The notes: generated from the sequence alone by a model not told the origin. A stretch of DNA of 64,000 nt from an uncultured Gemmatimonadaceae bacterium (GCA_963781585.1 CAWAGQ010000004.1:320001-384000), one strand, 5' to 3'. Positions 50,807 through 61,757 are shown, counted from the first letter of the stretch. A program made the numbers and translations.

Positions 50807-51949
50807 ATGCTGCACTTTCTTCTGACGCCGCTCATTCCGCACTTCTCGGTGCTGCGCCTGATCAACTACATCTCGTTCCGGGCGGCGGCGGCAGCCATGA
50901 CCGCGCTCCTGCTCGCGTTCTTCATCGGACCCTCCATCATTCGGCGGTTGCACACATTGCGGGTGCGGCAGGGCGTTCGTGAAGGGACTCCCGACTCGCA
51001 CCTGTCCAAGGCGGCGACGCCGACCATGGGGGGGCTGATCATCCTGGCGTCGGCGATGCTTGCGGCGCTGCTCTGGACTAGGCTCGACAACCGGTACGTG
51101 CTGGTCGCCGTTCTGGTGACGATCTGGATGGGGGGGATCGGCTTCCTGGACGACTACCTGAAGCTGCGGCAGAAGCGCGAAGGGAAGGAAAACGTCGGGC
51201 TGGTGGAGCGGTACAAGCTGGCGGGCCAGATCACCATCGGCATCATCGTCGGCGTGCTGCTGTGGCTGTGGCCGGTCACCAACCTGCCGGGGGCATCGTC
51301 CACGGTGCCGTTCTTCAAGTACGTTCTGGTCGTGCCGGCGTCGGCGGCCCTGGCCTGGCTGTACGTGCCGTGGGTGACGTTCATCCTGACCGGCACGAGC
51401 AATTCCGTGAACCTCACCGACGGTCTGGACGGACTGGCGGCGGGCCTTGCCGCGATTGCCCTCTCCACGTTCGCGCTGTTCGCCTACGTGATGGGGCGCT
51501 TCGACGCGAGCGCCTATCTCCAGCTCTTCTACCTGCGCGATGCCGGCGAGCTCACCGTATACTGCATGGCCCTGGTGGGGGCGTGTATCGGGTTCCTGTG
51601 GTTCAACGCACACCCGGCGCAGGTCTTCATGGGCGACACCGGAGCGTTGGCGTTAGGCGGTGCGATCGGCGCGGTGGCCCTGCTGCTCAAGAGCGAGTTT
51701 CTGCTGCTGTTCGTCGGGGGCGTGTTCGTGGCCGAAACGGTCTCGGTGATCCTGCAGCGGCTGGTGTTCAAGGTCCGGCGCGCCCGGCGCGGGCTGGAAT
51801 ACGCGCGGGCGAATCGGCTGTTTCGACGGGCCCCGCTCCATCATCATTTCGAGCTTGCCGGTTGGAAGGAGGCGCAGGTGGTCGTACGATTCTGGATCCT
51901 CGGCATTCTCTGCGCGTTCCTGGCGCTGTCCACCCTGAAACTGCGATGA
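50807..51949 (+). CDS. mraY: MraY translocase
   Basis: TPTMGG, GFLDDY, NLTDGLDGL, FMGDTG and APLHHHFE. Confidence 0.97.
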   Translation: MLHFLLTPLIPHFSVLRLINYISFRAAAAAMTALLLAFFIGPSIIRRLHTLRVRQGVREGTPDSHLSKAATPTMGGLIILASAMLAALLWTRLDNRYVLVAVLVTIWMGGIGFLDDYLKLRQKREGKENVGLVERYKLAGQITIGIIVGVLLWLWPVTNLPGASSTVPFFKYVLVVPASAALAWLYVPWVTFILTGTSNSVNLTDGLDGLAAGLAAIALSTFALFAYVMGRFDASAYLQLFYLRDAGELTVYCMALVGACIGFLWFNAHPAQVFMGDTGALALGGAIGAVALLLKSEFLLLFVGGVFVAETVSVILQRLVFKVRRARRGLEYARANRLFRRAPLHHHFELAGWKEAQVVVRFWILGILCAFLALSTLKLR

Positions 51950-53334
51950 ATCTCGAGGCCTGGAGAAAAGGCGAGGTGGCGGTGGTCGGCCTGGGCCGGA
52001 GCGGCGACGCCGCGGCCCGGCTGCTTCGCGCCTACCACGCGCGCGTGTACGCCTCCGATGTGGCGGCGACGACCGCCACCACCGGCGTGGCGCAGGAGCT
52101 GCGCGGCGTCGGCGTCGACGCGGTCGCGGGCGAGCACGACCTGAACCGGATCCGCCGTGCGTCGCTGGTCGTGGCGAGCCCCGGTATCGCCCCGGATGCG
52201 CCGCCGCTGGCGCTGGCACGCCAGGCCGGGGTCCCGATCGTGAGCGAGATGGAGATCGCCCTGACGGCAATGCCCGACGCCCATTACATCGCGGTCACGG
52301 GCACCAACGGGAAGTCGACGGTGACCGCCCTCATCGGGCACCTCCTGACCGGACTCGGACATGACGCTGCGGTAGCCGGCAACATCGGACGGCCGCTGGC
52401 CGACGTGGCGCTCCGGTCGCAACGCCCGGCGTGGATCGCCGTCGAGGTGTCGTCCTATCAGCTGCACGATACGCCGAGCCTCGCGCCGGCCGTTGGCGTG
52501 CTCACGAACCTTGCTCCCGACCACCTCGACCGCTACGCCAGCACCGACGCCTACTACGCCGACAAACGTCTGCTCTTCCGCAACGCCACTGCGGCGTCGA
52601 GCTGGGTCGTGAACGTGGACGACGATGAGGCGATGCGGCTGGCCACAACGGCCAGCGGCATGGTCTACCGCTTCAGCGCCGAGGGCCAGCTGGCGGACGC
52701 GTTCTACGACCGCGCCCACGACCGTCTGATCCTGCAGGACGAGCCGCTGCTGAAGCGCTCCGAGTTTCCCCTGCTGGGACTGCATAACGTGGGGAACGCC
52801 CTGGCGGCCGCGCTCGCGGTGGCCCTGGCGCATCCGTCGCATACGTCGCTCGAGGCACGCGGCCGGATGGCCGACGCCCTCCGCTCCGCGCCCGCGTTGC
52901 CGCACCGTCTCGAGATGGTGGGCGAATTCGACGGGGTCCTGTGGATCGATGATTCGAAGGCGACCAACGTCGCGTCGGCGCGGGTAGGCATCGATGCGAT
53001 GACACGGCCCACGATTCTGCTGCTGGGCGGGCGCCACAAGGGGGAACCGTATTCGGCGCTGGTGGAGCCGATCCGGCGGCACTGCCGCAGTGTGCTCGCG
53101 TACGGCGAGGCGGCGGAGCTCATTCAGCGCGATCTCTCGGCGGCGGTGCCGGTGCAGCGCGTCCAGGGGAGCTTCGCGGAGGTGGTGGCACGCGCGCGGG
53201 CGCTGGCGCACGCCGGCGACTGCGTCCTGCTGTCGCCGGCGTGCGCCAGCTTCGACATGTTCGCCGACTACGAGGAGCGGGGTGAGCTGTTTACGCGCCT
53301 GGCGCGCGCTGACGACCCGCGGAGCGACGGGTGA
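51946..53334 (+). CDS. murD: MurD ligase
   Basis: GLGRSG, GTNGKST, EVSSYQL, DSKATN and SPACASFD. Confidence 0.96.
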   Translation: MNLEAWRKGEVAVVGLGRSGDAAARLLRAYHARVYASDVAATTATTGVAQELRGVGVDAVAGEHDLNRIRRASLVVASPGIAPDAPPLALARQAGVPIVSEMEIALTAMPDAHYIAVTGTNGKSTVTALIGHLLTGLGHDAAVAGNIGRPLADVALRSQRPAWIAVEVSSYQLHDTPSLAPAVGVLTNLAPDHLDRYASTDAYYADKRLLFRNATAASSWVVNVDDDEAMRLATTASGMVYRFSAEGQLADAFYDRAHDRLILQDEPLLKRSEFPLLGLHNVGNALAAALAVALAHPSHTSLEARGRMADALRSAPALPHRLEMVGEFDGVLWIDDSKATNVASARVGIDAMTRPTILLLGGRHKGEPYSALVEPIRRHCRSVLAYGEAAELIQRDLSAAVPVQRVQGSFAEVVARARALAHAGDCVLLSPACASFDMFADYEERGELFTRLARADDPRSDG

Positions 53335-54509
53335 CGGCGGCGCCGGCATCCGCCGCAACGCGCGAGCGATGGGCGATGAGCGCCGAAGCGCGCGCGCTGG
53401 TGTTGTGCATGAGCGCGCTGGTGGCGTTCGGGCTGGCGACGCTGTACAGCGCGAGTGCGCTCGTCGCCACCCAGCAGGGGCATGCGAGCTGGTATTACGC
53501 CTGGCGTCAGGCGGCCGGGGTGCTGGTGGGGCTGGTCCTGTTCGCGGTGGCCGCCAAGGTGGACGCCGCGAAGCTGCAGCGGCTGGCGTGGCCGCTGATG
53601 CTGGTGACGATCGTGCTGATGCTGGCCACGGTGCTGCCGTTCACCGAACGGATCGCGCCACGGATTCACGGGTCGCGCCGCTTCATCCTCGGGACGTCGC
53701 TGCAGCCGTCGGAGCTCGGGAAGCTGGCGGTGGTGGTCTGGACGGCGATGCTGATGGTGAAGAAGGGTGAGCAGATGCGCCGCCTGACGAAGGGCCTGCT
53801 GCCCATCCTGCTGGTGGTGGGGCTGCTCGACGTGTTCGCGGTCCTCGAGCCGGACCTGTCGGTGGCGATGATGTACACGCTCCTGATGGCGATCGTGCTG
53901 TTCTCGGGCGGCGTGCGGATCGGACATTTCGTGGCGCTCGGCGTGCTCAGCGTCCCGGTGCTGTGGCAGCAGCTCCTGAAGCTGCAGTACGCGCTGCTGC
54001 GGGTGCTGACGTTCCTGGATCCGGGAGGCGCCCCGCAGCCGCGGAGCTGGCAGTTGACGCAGTCCCTGATCGCCGTGGGGTCGGGTGGTGCCGTAGGGCG
54101 GGGCTTCGGGAACGGGCGCCAGCAGTACGGCTTCGTCCCGTTAGGCTACAACGACTTCATCGCCAGCACGATCGGTGAGGAGTGGGGGTTCCTGGGGATG
54201 GCGCTGGTGGTGGCGGCGTTTGCGGCCTACGCCTATCTCGGGATGCGGATCGCGCGCAAGGCGCGGACGCCGTTTCTGCAGCTGGTGGCGGTGGGTCTGA
54301 CGCTGACCACCGTGATCACGGCGTATCTGCATATCGGGGTGGTCATCGGGCTGCTGCCGACCACCGGCCTCACGCTGCCGTTCGTCTCGTACGGCCGCAC
54401 GAACCTGCTGCTCACGTTCGTGATGACCGGCATCCTGGTCAACATCGGCAGCGAACGCGAGCGGGTGTTTGGCGCCGCGGCCACGAATCCACTCACCGTT
54501 CCGGCGTAG
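53331..54509 (+). CDS. ftsW: FtsW (SEDS family)
   Basis: QPSELGK, GEEWG and TGLTLPFVSYG. Confidence 0.93.
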   Translation: MTAAPASAATRERWAMSAEARALVLCMSALVAFGLATLYSASALVATQQGHASWYYAWRQAAGVLVGLVLFAVAAKVDAAKLQRLAWPLMLVTIVLMLATVLPFTERIAPRIHGSRRFILGTSLQPSELGKLAVVVWTAMLMVKKGEQMRRLTKGLLPILLVVGLLDVFAVLEPDLSVAMMYTLLMAIVLFSGGVRIGHFVALGVLSVPVLWQQLLKLQYALLRVLTFLDPGGAPQPRSWQLTQSLIAVGSGGAVGRGFGNGRQQYGFVPLGYNDFIASTIGEEWGFLGMALVVAAFAAYAYLGMRIARKARTPFLQLVAVGLTLTTVITAYLHIGVVIGLLPTTGLTLPFVSYGRTNLLLTFVMTGILVNIGSERERVFGAAATNPLTVPA

Positions 54510-55612
54510 TGCTGGTCGTCTTCACGGGCGGCGGAACGGGCGGCCACCTCTATCCGGCGCTGGCGATCGCGCGCGCCCTGCGCGCGGTGCGGCCGGGTGT
54601 CGACGTGATGTTCGTGGGAGCGCGGCGCGGCATCGAGCAGCACATCCTGCCGGCCACCGAGTTTCCACACGTCCTGCTCGATCTTCACCCGTATTACCGC
54701 AGCGCCCCGTGGCGCAACTGGCGCACGCTCCGCGGACTGGCGGGATCGTGGCGCACGTTAGGCACGCTGTTCGCCGAACGACCCCCGGCGCTGGTGGTGG
54801 GGACAGGGGGGTATGCCTCATCGGCGACGCTGGCGTGGTGCGCCGCCCACCGCCGACCGTACGTGCTGCAGGAACAGAACAGTTTTCCCGGGCGAACCAT
54901 CCGGTTGTTCAGTCGCGGGGCCCGCGAGATCTACCTGGGCTTTCCCGAGTGCGTCCCGCGGCTGCCGGCGACCGCGCGAGCCAGGGCGGTTGCAACCGGA
55001 AACCCGGTACAGCCACCGCCCGATCCGCGACCGCCCGGCGGCGACGCCCGCCGACACTGGGGGTTTCCCGGGACGAGCGGGCGCGTGCTGCTGGTGTTCG
55101 GCGGAAGTCAGGGGTCGGCGGCGATCAATGCGCGCGTGGACGCGTGGCTGGCGCGGGGTCTCCCCGCGGATGTGTACGTGATCTGGGCGACCGGCATCAG
55201 TCATTTTGCGCAGTACGCCCAACGGGCGTCTCCGCAGGTCGTCGTGCGCGAGTACCTGTCGCCGATTGCCGAGGCGTACGCCGCGTGCGACCTGGCGCTG
55301 ACGCGCGCCGGTGCCATGACCACCGCGGAACTGTGCGCCTGGGCGATTCCCGCGCTGCTGATTCCCCTTCCGACGGCGGCCGCCGACCATCAGACGGCGA
55401 ACGCGCGCTCGCTGGCAGCGGCCGGCGCGGCGCGGTGGCTGGCCGAACGCGACGCGACGCCCGAGCGTCTCGGGGACGAGTTGCAGGCGCTGCTGGGCGA
55501 CCCCGCGGCCCTGGAGTCGCTCGCCGCGGGCGCGCGTGCGCGTGCGCGCCCCGATGCGGCGCATCAGATCGCGACGCGGATCGCCGCGCTGCTCGACCAG
55601 GTGGCCGCCTGA
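54509..55612 (+). CDS. murG: MurG glycosyltransferase
   Basis: GGGTGGH, GGY, EQN, GGSQG, RAGAMT and HQ..NA. Confidence 0.96.
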   Translation: MLVVFTGGGTGGHLYPALAIARALRAVRPGVDVMFVGARRGIEQHILPATEFPHVLLDLHPYYRSAPWRNWRTLRGLAGSWRTLGTLFAERPPALVVGTGGYASSATLAWCAAHRRPYVLQEQNSFPGRTIRLFSRGAREIYLGFPECVPRLPATARARAVATGNPVQPPPDPRPPGGDARRHWGFPGTSGRVLLVFGGSQGSAAINARVDAWLARGLPADVYVIWATGISHFAQYAQRASPQVVVREYLSPIAEAYAACDLALTRAGAMTTAELCAWAIPALLIPLPTAAADHQTANARSLAAAGAARWLAERDATPERLGDELQALLGDPAALESLAAGARARARPDAAHQIATRIAALLDQVAA

Positions 55613-57006
55613 TGCGGGTGGATGGCTCGGACCCGCGACCCGTGCACTTCATGGGGATCGGCGGCGCCGGCATGAGCGCGCTGGCCGAACTGTTCGTCCG
55701 GCGCGGCGCAACCGTCACGGGATGCGACGTCGCCGCGATCGAGCTGGAGGACCTGCGACGTCTGGGCATCCCGGTGGCCGCGGGTCATGATCCCGCGCAC
55801 GTGGAATCCGCTTCGGCGGGAGCGCGGCCGCGCGCGCTGGTGGTGACGTCGGCGATTCCGCACGATCACCCCGAAGTGACGCGCGCGCGGGAACTCGGCG
55901 TCGAAGTCGTCAGGCGCGCGGAAGCGCTGGGCGCCGCGGTGCAGAACGGGACCGTGGTGGCCGTGGCGGGCACGCACGGCAAGACCACCACCACGGTCAT
56001 GGCGACCGAAGCGCTGGCGGCCGCGGGGCGCGACCCGACCGGTGTGGCGGGCGGCCGGGTAGCTGCCTGGCGCGGAAACCTGCGCCTGGGTGGCGAGAGC
56101 CTGTTCGTGGTAGAAGCGGACGAGTACGACCGCTCATTTCTCGCGCTCACGCCGACGGTGGCCGTGGTCACCAATGTCGAAGCCGATCATCTCGACATCT
56201 ATGCCGACCTCGAAGAAATCGGTCGCGCGTTCGAGCGCTTCGTGGCACCCGCGCGCACGGTGATTCTGTGCGCCGATGATCCGGGCGCCGCCGGATTGCG
56301 GGTCGGCAGCACCGCCGAGGTCCTTCGCTACGGCATCACGTCGGCCGACGCGCGGTTGACCGCCGGCGAGATCATGAGCGTCGAGGGCCGACTGAGGGTG
56401 CTGGTGGAACTCGATGGTGAGGCGGTGGGCGAACTGGCGCTGCAGGTGCCGGGGGTGCACAACGTGCGGAACGCGCTCGCCGCGCTCGCGAGCGGACTGG
56501 CGCTGGGCGCCTCGTTCGAGGAGATGCGGCCGGGGCTCGAGCGATTCGAGGGGGTCGAGCGGCGATTTCAGCGCCTGGGGTCGGTGCGGGGAGTGGAAGT
56601 GGTGGACGACTACGCGCACCATCCGACCGAGATCCTGGCGACGCTCGACGCGGCACGGGCGACATTCCCGGGCCGACGCCTGGTGGTCGCATTTCAGCCG
56701 CACCTGTTCTCGCGCACCCGCGACTTCGCGGCGCAGTTCGGCGATGCGCTGGCGCGCGCTGATGTCGTGTTTCTGACGGAGATCTACCGCGCGCGGGAGC
56801 AGCCGCTGCCCGGCGTGACGTCGGCACTGGTCGACCGCGCGGTGCGCACGGCCGGCGGCACGGTCGCCTGGCGTGGCGAGCGCGCCGGGCTGGCCGACGC
56901 GCTGGCCGCCGCGGCGCGGGACGGAGACGTGATCCTGACGTTAGGCGCGGGCGACATCACGCGCACCGGGGCGGAAGTGCTCCGCCGGCTGGCCGAGGCG
57001 CAGTGA
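55612..57006 (+). CDS. murC: MurC ligase
   Basis: GIGGAGMS, GTHGKTTT, EADEYD, DDYAHHPTE and FQPH. Confidence 0.96.
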   Translation: MRVDGSDPRPVHFMGIGGAGMSALAELFVRRGATVTGCDVAAIELEDLRRLGIPVAAGHDPAHVESASAGARPRALVVTSAIPHDHPEVTRARELGVEVVRRAEALGAAVQNGTVVAVAGTHGKTTTTVMATEALAAAGRDPTGVAGGRVAAWRGNLRLGGESLFVVEADEYDRSFLALTPTVAVVTNVEADHLDIYADLEEIGRAFERFVAPARTVILCADDPGAAGLRVGSTAEVLRYGITSADARLTAGEIMSVEGRLRVLVELDGEAVGELALQVPGVHNVRNALAALASGLALGASFEEMRPGLERFEGVERRFQRLGSVRGVEVVDDYAHHPTEILATLDAARATFPGRRLVVAFQPHLFSRTRDFAAQFGDALARADVVFLTEIYRAREQPLPGVTSALVDRAVRTAGGTVAWRGERAGLADALAAAARDGDVILTLGAGDITRTGAEVLRRLAEAQ

Positions 57007-57710
57007 GCGGCGACCAGGCGGCAACCGGCAGGCGGCCCCACTGGCGGCGACGGCTGATCGCCGCGGCGGTGATGATCGCACTGCTCGCACCCTGGTGGGC
57101 GCCGCCGGCCCTGCGGCCGCTGACCTTCTTCCGCGTCCGCCACGTGGAGGTGCGCGGGTGGCACTATTCCTCGCCCGAACAGGTGATGACCCGCCTCGGG
57201 CTCGATTCGACGTTCTCGATCTGGAACGACCTTGGGCCGCTCGCGGCTCGCGTGCTGGCCGATTCGGAGATTCGCGACGTGCACATCACCCGCCGGCTTC
57301 CGTCCACCCTGGTGCTGACGGTGGTGGAGCGCGATCCGGTCGCACTGGTGCCGTCGACCGCGGGCTTCCGCGTGTACGACGCGTCCGGCGACCGGTTGCC
57401 GATCGATCCAACGCGTGCCGCAGTGGATCTTCCCATCCTCGCGCAGCGCGACACGGCGCTCCTGCGCCTGCTCGGCGAACTCAAGGCAGGTGATCCGCGT
57501 TTCTACGCCCGCATCAGCGAAGTACGCCGCGTGGGCGAGGAGGGTCTGGTTCTGAGACTGTCCCACCTCACCGTGCGCACCGCCGCCGACGTCAGCGTGG
57601 AGCGGCTCGCGCAGATATCTTCTGTGGAGCAGGACCTGGCGCGACGACACGCGCGCGTGTCCGAGCTCGACCTCCGCTTCAAAGACCAGATCATCGCCCG
57701 ACTGCAATGA
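57003..57710 (+). CDS. ftsQ: FtsQ/DivIB
   Basis: TM, POTRA-like segment (RRLPSTL..VVER.P) and LDLRF at the C-terminus. Confidence 0.85.
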   Translation: MSGDQAATGRRPHWRRRLIAAAVMIALLAPWWAPPALRPLTFFRVRHVEVRGWHYSSPEQVMTRLGLDSTFSIWNDLGPLAARVLADSEIRDVHITRRLPSTLVLTVVERDPVALVPSTAGFRVYDASGDRLPIDPTRAAVDLPILAQRDTALLRLLGELKAGDPRFYARISEVRRVGEEGLVLRLSHLTVRTAADVSVERLAQISSVEQDLARRHARVSELDLRFKDQIIARLQ

Positions 57711-58966
57711 ACGTCGAACGTCTCGTGGCCGGACTCGATATCGGCTCGGCCAAGACTACCGCCATCATCGCCGAGGTCGTGGGCGAGCTGCCCCGTCACC
57801 CCGGCATCAAGGTGCTCGGCGTTGGACAGGCGCGCACCACCGGGCTGCGGCGCGGGGTGGTGGCGGACATCGAGGAAGCGACCGGCTCCATTCGCAAGGC
57901 GCTCACCGACGCCGAGCGCATGTCGGGGGCCAAGGTCGATCACCTCTACACCGGCATCGCGGGCGAACACATGGAAGCGATGATCTCGAAGGGGATCGTC
58001 GTGGTGAGCGGGAGCGAGATCACGCGCGCCGATGTGGACCGCGTGAACGCGGTGGCGCGAACCCAGGATGTGCCTCAGGACCGGGAGCTGCTGCACGCCA
58101 TTCCGCAGGAGTACACGGTCGACCGGCAGGAAGGGATCCGCGATCCGGTGGGCATGGTGGGGACCCGGCTGGAGACCGAGATGTATCTGGTCACGATCGG
58201 GAGTTCGCCTTCGGTGAACCTGCGCCGCGCGGTGGAGCGCGCCGGCTACAAGGTGCAGGAACTGGTGCTGGAGCCGCTGGCGAGTGCCCTCGCCGTGCTG
58301 ACCGAAGAAGAGAAGGAGCTGGGTGTCGCACTGATCGAGATGGGCGCGGGCACCACCGACGTGGCGGTGTTTCACGAAGGGAAGATCCGCCACCTCGGGT
58401 CGATCACCTTTGGCGGGAGCAACGTCACCAACGATATCGTGCACGGCCTCGGACTCACACAGGCGGACGCCGAGCGGCTGAAAGAACGATATGGCTGCGC
58501 ATACGAGCCGATGGTGGACCGGGCCGACTCGCTGACGCTCCCCGGCACGATGGCACAAGGGGAGCGGCACATCTCGCGTGATCTGCTGGCGCACATCATT
58601 CACCAGCGCATGGACGAGATCTTCGATCTCGTGCTCCGCGACGTGCAGTCGTCGGGGTACCTGAACAAGCTGGCCGCCGGTGTGGTGCTCACCGGCGGCG
58701 CGGCGGCGCTGCCCGGCATGACCGAACTGGCCGCGGACATTTTCGGGTCCGGTGTGCGCACCGGGGCCCCCAAGGAGAACCTCAGCGGGTTGAACGACGC
58801 CGTCGAGGCTCCCCGATTCGCGACGGCAGTCGGGCTCGCGCTCTACGCCGCTAACCGCTACGCCATCGGCGCAGGCGCGCCCGCGTCACGCAAGCTGCAG
58901 CTGAATGCGCCGGGCATGGACAAGCTGGCGCAGCGCGTGAAGACCTGGCTGCAGGATTTCTTCTGA
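57707..58966 (+). CDS. ftsA: FtsA
   Basis: GLDIGSAK, EPLAS, GAGTT, AERLK, LTGG and a C-terminal amphipathic helix. Confidence 0.96.
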   Translation: MNVERLVAGLDIGSAKTTAIIAEVVGELPRHPGIKVLGVGQARTTGLRRGVVADIEEATGSIRKALTDAERMSGAKVDHLYTGIAGEHMEAMISKGIVVVSGSEITRADVDRVNAVARTQDVPQDRELLHAIPQEYTVDRQEGIRDPVGMVGTRLETEMYLVTIGSSPSVNLRRAVERAGYKVQELVLEPLASALAVLTEEEKELGVALIEMGAGTTDVAVFHEGKIRHLGSITFGGSNVTNDIVHGLGLTQADAERLKERYGCAYEPMVDRADSLTLPGTMAQGERHISRDLLAHIIHQRMDEIFDLVLRDVQSSGYLNKLAAGVVLTGGAAALPGMTELAADIFGSGVRTGAPKENLSGLNDAVEAPRFATAVGLALYAANRYAIGAGAPASRKLQLNAPGMDKLAQRVKTWLQDFF

Positions 58967-59080
58967 TCGGTCAGGAAGAGCGTTCGCGCCACTGCCGACG
59001 TCCGGGACCCGCGAGAACGGCGCGGGAGGAGCGCCTTCCGGGGGGTCTTCAACATCACACATCTGCGATGTGCAGAGGAA

Positions 59081-59104
59081 TGTGGAAAAGTGGAATGTGG
59101 ATAA
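59081..59104. promoter_or_regulatory. DnaA-box pair upstream of ftsZ
   Basis: TGTGGAAAA at 59081-59089 (one mismatch) and perfect TGTGGATAA at 59096-59104. Confidence 0.55.
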
Positions 59105-59301
59105 GCGATTGCGCGCGCGGTCGTTAAGTCGTCTGTTCCCTGTAGCCTGTTGAAAAAAACGGTATATATTGGTCGCGGTTTTTCGCCGTGGAGGGCGGGC
59201 GCGACGGAGCCTGGGGCTCCATGTCGCACGGCAGCGCGCCCGCTCTCCATCGCAAGCGGTTCCCCTCCGACCTTCTTCCGAGCACTGGAGTCGCGCGCGC
59301 A

Positions 59302-60513
59302 ATGATCTTCGAGTTCGAAGAGTCCCCGTCTCAGAACGCCCGGATGAAGGTGACGGGCGTGGGTGGAGGCGGCGGCAACGCCGTCAACCGCATGATCGAT
59401 GAACACCTCGAGGGTGTGGAGTTCATCTCGATCAACACCGATGCCCAGGCATTGCTCGCGTCCAAGTCGGACGTGAAGATTCAGATCGGCAAGAAACTGA
59501 CGCGGGGGCTGGGGGCCGGGGCGCGACCCGAGATCGGCCGGCAGGCGATCGAGGAGAATCGCGACGAGGTGTCCCGGGCCCTGGCTGGGGCGGATCTCGT
59601 CTTCGTGACCTGCGGGATGGGTGGCGGGACCGGGACCGGTGCGGCGCCGACGATTGCCCAGCTGGCGAAGGAGGTGGGCGCGCTGACCGTCGGAATTGTG
59701 ACGAAGCCCTTCCTTTTCGAGGGGCGGAAGCGGATGCGGCAGGCTGATCAGGGGATTATGGAGCTGCGGCAACATGTGGACACCATGATCGTCGTACCAA
59801 ATGAGCGGTTGCTGGCGGTTGTGGGAAAGGGTATTCCATTCCAGGATGCGTTGAAGAAAGCGGATGAAGTCCTGTTGCATGCCACCCAGGGCATCTCGAC
59901 CCTCATTTCGAAGACCGGTCTGGTGAACGTCGATTTCGCGGACGTGCGGACAGTGATGCAGGACGGAGGGTCGGCCCTGATGGGAACGGGGATCGGCCGC
60001 GGGGAGAACCGTGCCATGGAGGCGGCGCAGCAGGCGATTTCGAGTCCGCTGCTCGACAACATCTCGGTGGCCGGCTCCACCGGCGTGCTCCTCAACATCA
60101 CCGGCGGGCAGGATCTCACGTTAGGCGAGGTGACGCAGATCAGCGAAATCGTGCACGATGCAGTGGGTGACGATGCCGAGATCATTTTCGGAGCGGTGAA
60201 CGAACCGGCGATGCAGGGCGAGGTGCGGGTGACCGTGATCGCGACCGGATTCGACCGGGAAATCGAGGGAACGCTTGGCCGGGCCGCCCACGGGCGGGTC
60301 ACGGCGACGATCGGCATGGCGGCACAGACGCGCAATGTCATTCCGATCACCCAGCGCGCGCCGCAGCGCGCACCGGCCGTGCCGCGCGTGGCCGGTGCGA
60401 CGACGGCCGAAGGCGGGTCGCGTCGTGTGGTGCCGCCCGCCCAGCCCGCCCGCGCCGAGGCCGAGCTCACGGACATGGACATCCCCACCTTCATTCGGAG
60501 ACAGATGGATTGA
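59302..60513 (+). CDS. ftsZ: FtsZ
   Basis: [22 protein letters not shown] and the C-terminal DIPTFIR peptide. Confidence 0.98.
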   Translation: MIFEFEESPSQNARMKVTGVGGGGGNAVNRMIDEHLEGVEFISINTDAQALLASKSDVKIQIGKKLTRGLGAGARPEIGRQAIEENRDEVSRALAGADLVFVTCGMGGGTGTGAAPTIAQLAKEVGALTVGIVTKPFLFEGRKRMRQADQGIMELRQHVDTMIVVPNERLLAVVGKGIPFQDALKKADEVLLHATQGISTLISKTGLVNVDFADVRTVMQDGGSALMGTGIGRGENRAMEAAQQAISSPLLDNISVAGSTGVLLNITGGQDLTLGEVTQISEIVHDAVGDDAEIIFGAVNEPAMQGEVRVTVIATGFDREIEGTLGRAAHGRVTATIGMAAQTRNVIPITQRAPQRAPAVPRVAGATTAEGGSRRVVPPAQPARAEAELTDMDIPTFIRRQMD

Positions 60514-61757
60514 AGACGTGGGCCGCCCGTGTCCTGACTTATGGGGTTGTGGGCGGCCTGGCGGCCGCTGCGATCGCGTACACCAAGCCGCTCCCTGAAC
60601 GGACGCCAGCGACGCTGCTCACGGTCGCGCCCGATCCCGACTGGCAGGAGCGGGTGGATTCGGTCGGGCAGGGTGAAACGCTGGGCGAGGTGTTCCAGCG
60701 CGCGGGGCTTTCGATTCCCGCCGGAGACGTGCTGCACGCCGCATCGTCACTCGATCCGCGTCGCATTCGCGCCGGCATGCGGGTCACGTTCGGCGGCCCG
60801 TCGACCGATTCCATGCCGCGTCTGATCACGCTGCGGTTGGCGGTGGATCGCCTGCTGCGCCTGACGAGGACCGACTCGGGGTGGGTGGCCCGGGAGGACA
60901 CCCTGCCATGGCGCACGGACACGCTGGTGGTGCGCGGCGACATCGCGAGCACCCTCTATGACGCGCTCGACTCGGCCGCCAGGGTGCTTCCAGCGGGCGC
61001 GCGGGTCGGTCTGGCGTGGGACGTGGCCGACATTTTCGAGTGGCGGATCGATATGAGCCGCGATCTGCAGGTGGGGGACAGGTTCACGGTGCTGTTCGAG
61101 CGCCAGCAGGGCCCTGATGGCACGGTGCGCACCGGCCGCGTGCTGGCGGCGACGTTCACGAACGGCGGGTCCACCCTCGAGGCGATCCGTCACGAGGAGC
61201 CGGGTGAGCGTCCGCGGTACTACGATCGCGAGGGGAAGTCGCTGGAGGCGAACTTCCTGCGCGCCCCGCTCGAGTTCCGTCGCATTTCCAGCGTGTTCGG
61301 GATGCGCAAGCACCCCATTCTCGGCGTGTGGCGCCAGCATGCGGGGACGGACTACGCGGCCGCTGCCGGCACGCCGGTGCGTGCGATCGGAGACGGTGTC
61401 GTGATCGCCGCCGGAAGGCACGGCGGGTACGGCAACGTGATCGACCTTCGTCACCCCAACGGTTTCGTCACCCGCTATGGTCATCTCCGCGGATTCGCGT
61501 CGGGAATCCACGCCGGAACGCGCGTGGCGATGGGGCAGACCATCGGCTATGTGGGGATGACCGGCCTGGCCACGGCGCCGCATCTGCACTTCGAGGTGCT
61601 GGTGGGAGGCGTGCAGCGCAATCCGCGAACGGCTTTGCTGGGGCGCAGCGGCGCGCCGATTCCGGCGTCCGAGCGAACGGCGTTCGAGCACGACCGGGCG
61701 ATCTACCTGGCGTTGCTCGACGCCGGCACCACGACCCGGCTCGCCGACAACAACTGA
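60510..61757 (+). CDS. M23 family peptidoglycan endopeptidase (MepM-like)
   Basis: HAGTD (HxxxD), YGHL and HLHFE; N-terminal TM; TTG start overlaps the ftsZ stop. Confidence 0.9.
   Translation: MKTWAARVLTYGVVGGLAAAAIAYTKPLPERTPATLLTVAPDPDWQERVDSVGQGETLGEVFQRAGLSIPAGDVLHAASSLDPRRIRAGMRVTFGGPSTDSMPRLITLRLAVDRLLRLTRTDSGWVAREDTLPWRTDTLVVRGDIASTLYDALDSAARVLPAGARVGLAWDVADIFEWRIDMSRDLQVGDRFTVLFERQQGPDGTVRTGRVLAATFTNGGSTLEAIRHEEPGERPRYYDREGKSLEANFLRAPLEFRRISSVFGMRKHPILGVWRQHAGTDYAAAAGTPVRAIGDGVVIAAGRHGGYGNVIDLRHPNGFVTRYGHLRGFASGIHAGTRVAMGQTIGYVGMTGLATAPHLHFEVLVGGVQRNPRTALLGRSGAPIPASERTAFEHDRAIYLALLDAGTTTRLADNN

Noticed and set aside
59082..59100. MraZ-binding GTGG repeats
   Set aside because: Spacing is 8 and 7 bp rather than a regular ~10 bp period, the site is not at the head of the dcw operon, and DnaA boxes explain the sequence.
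58967..59301. Replication origin between ftsA and ftsZ
   Set aside because: Only two convincing DnaA boxes and a very short AT-rich patch; a regulatory role fits better, though GC-skew data would be needed to exclude an origin.
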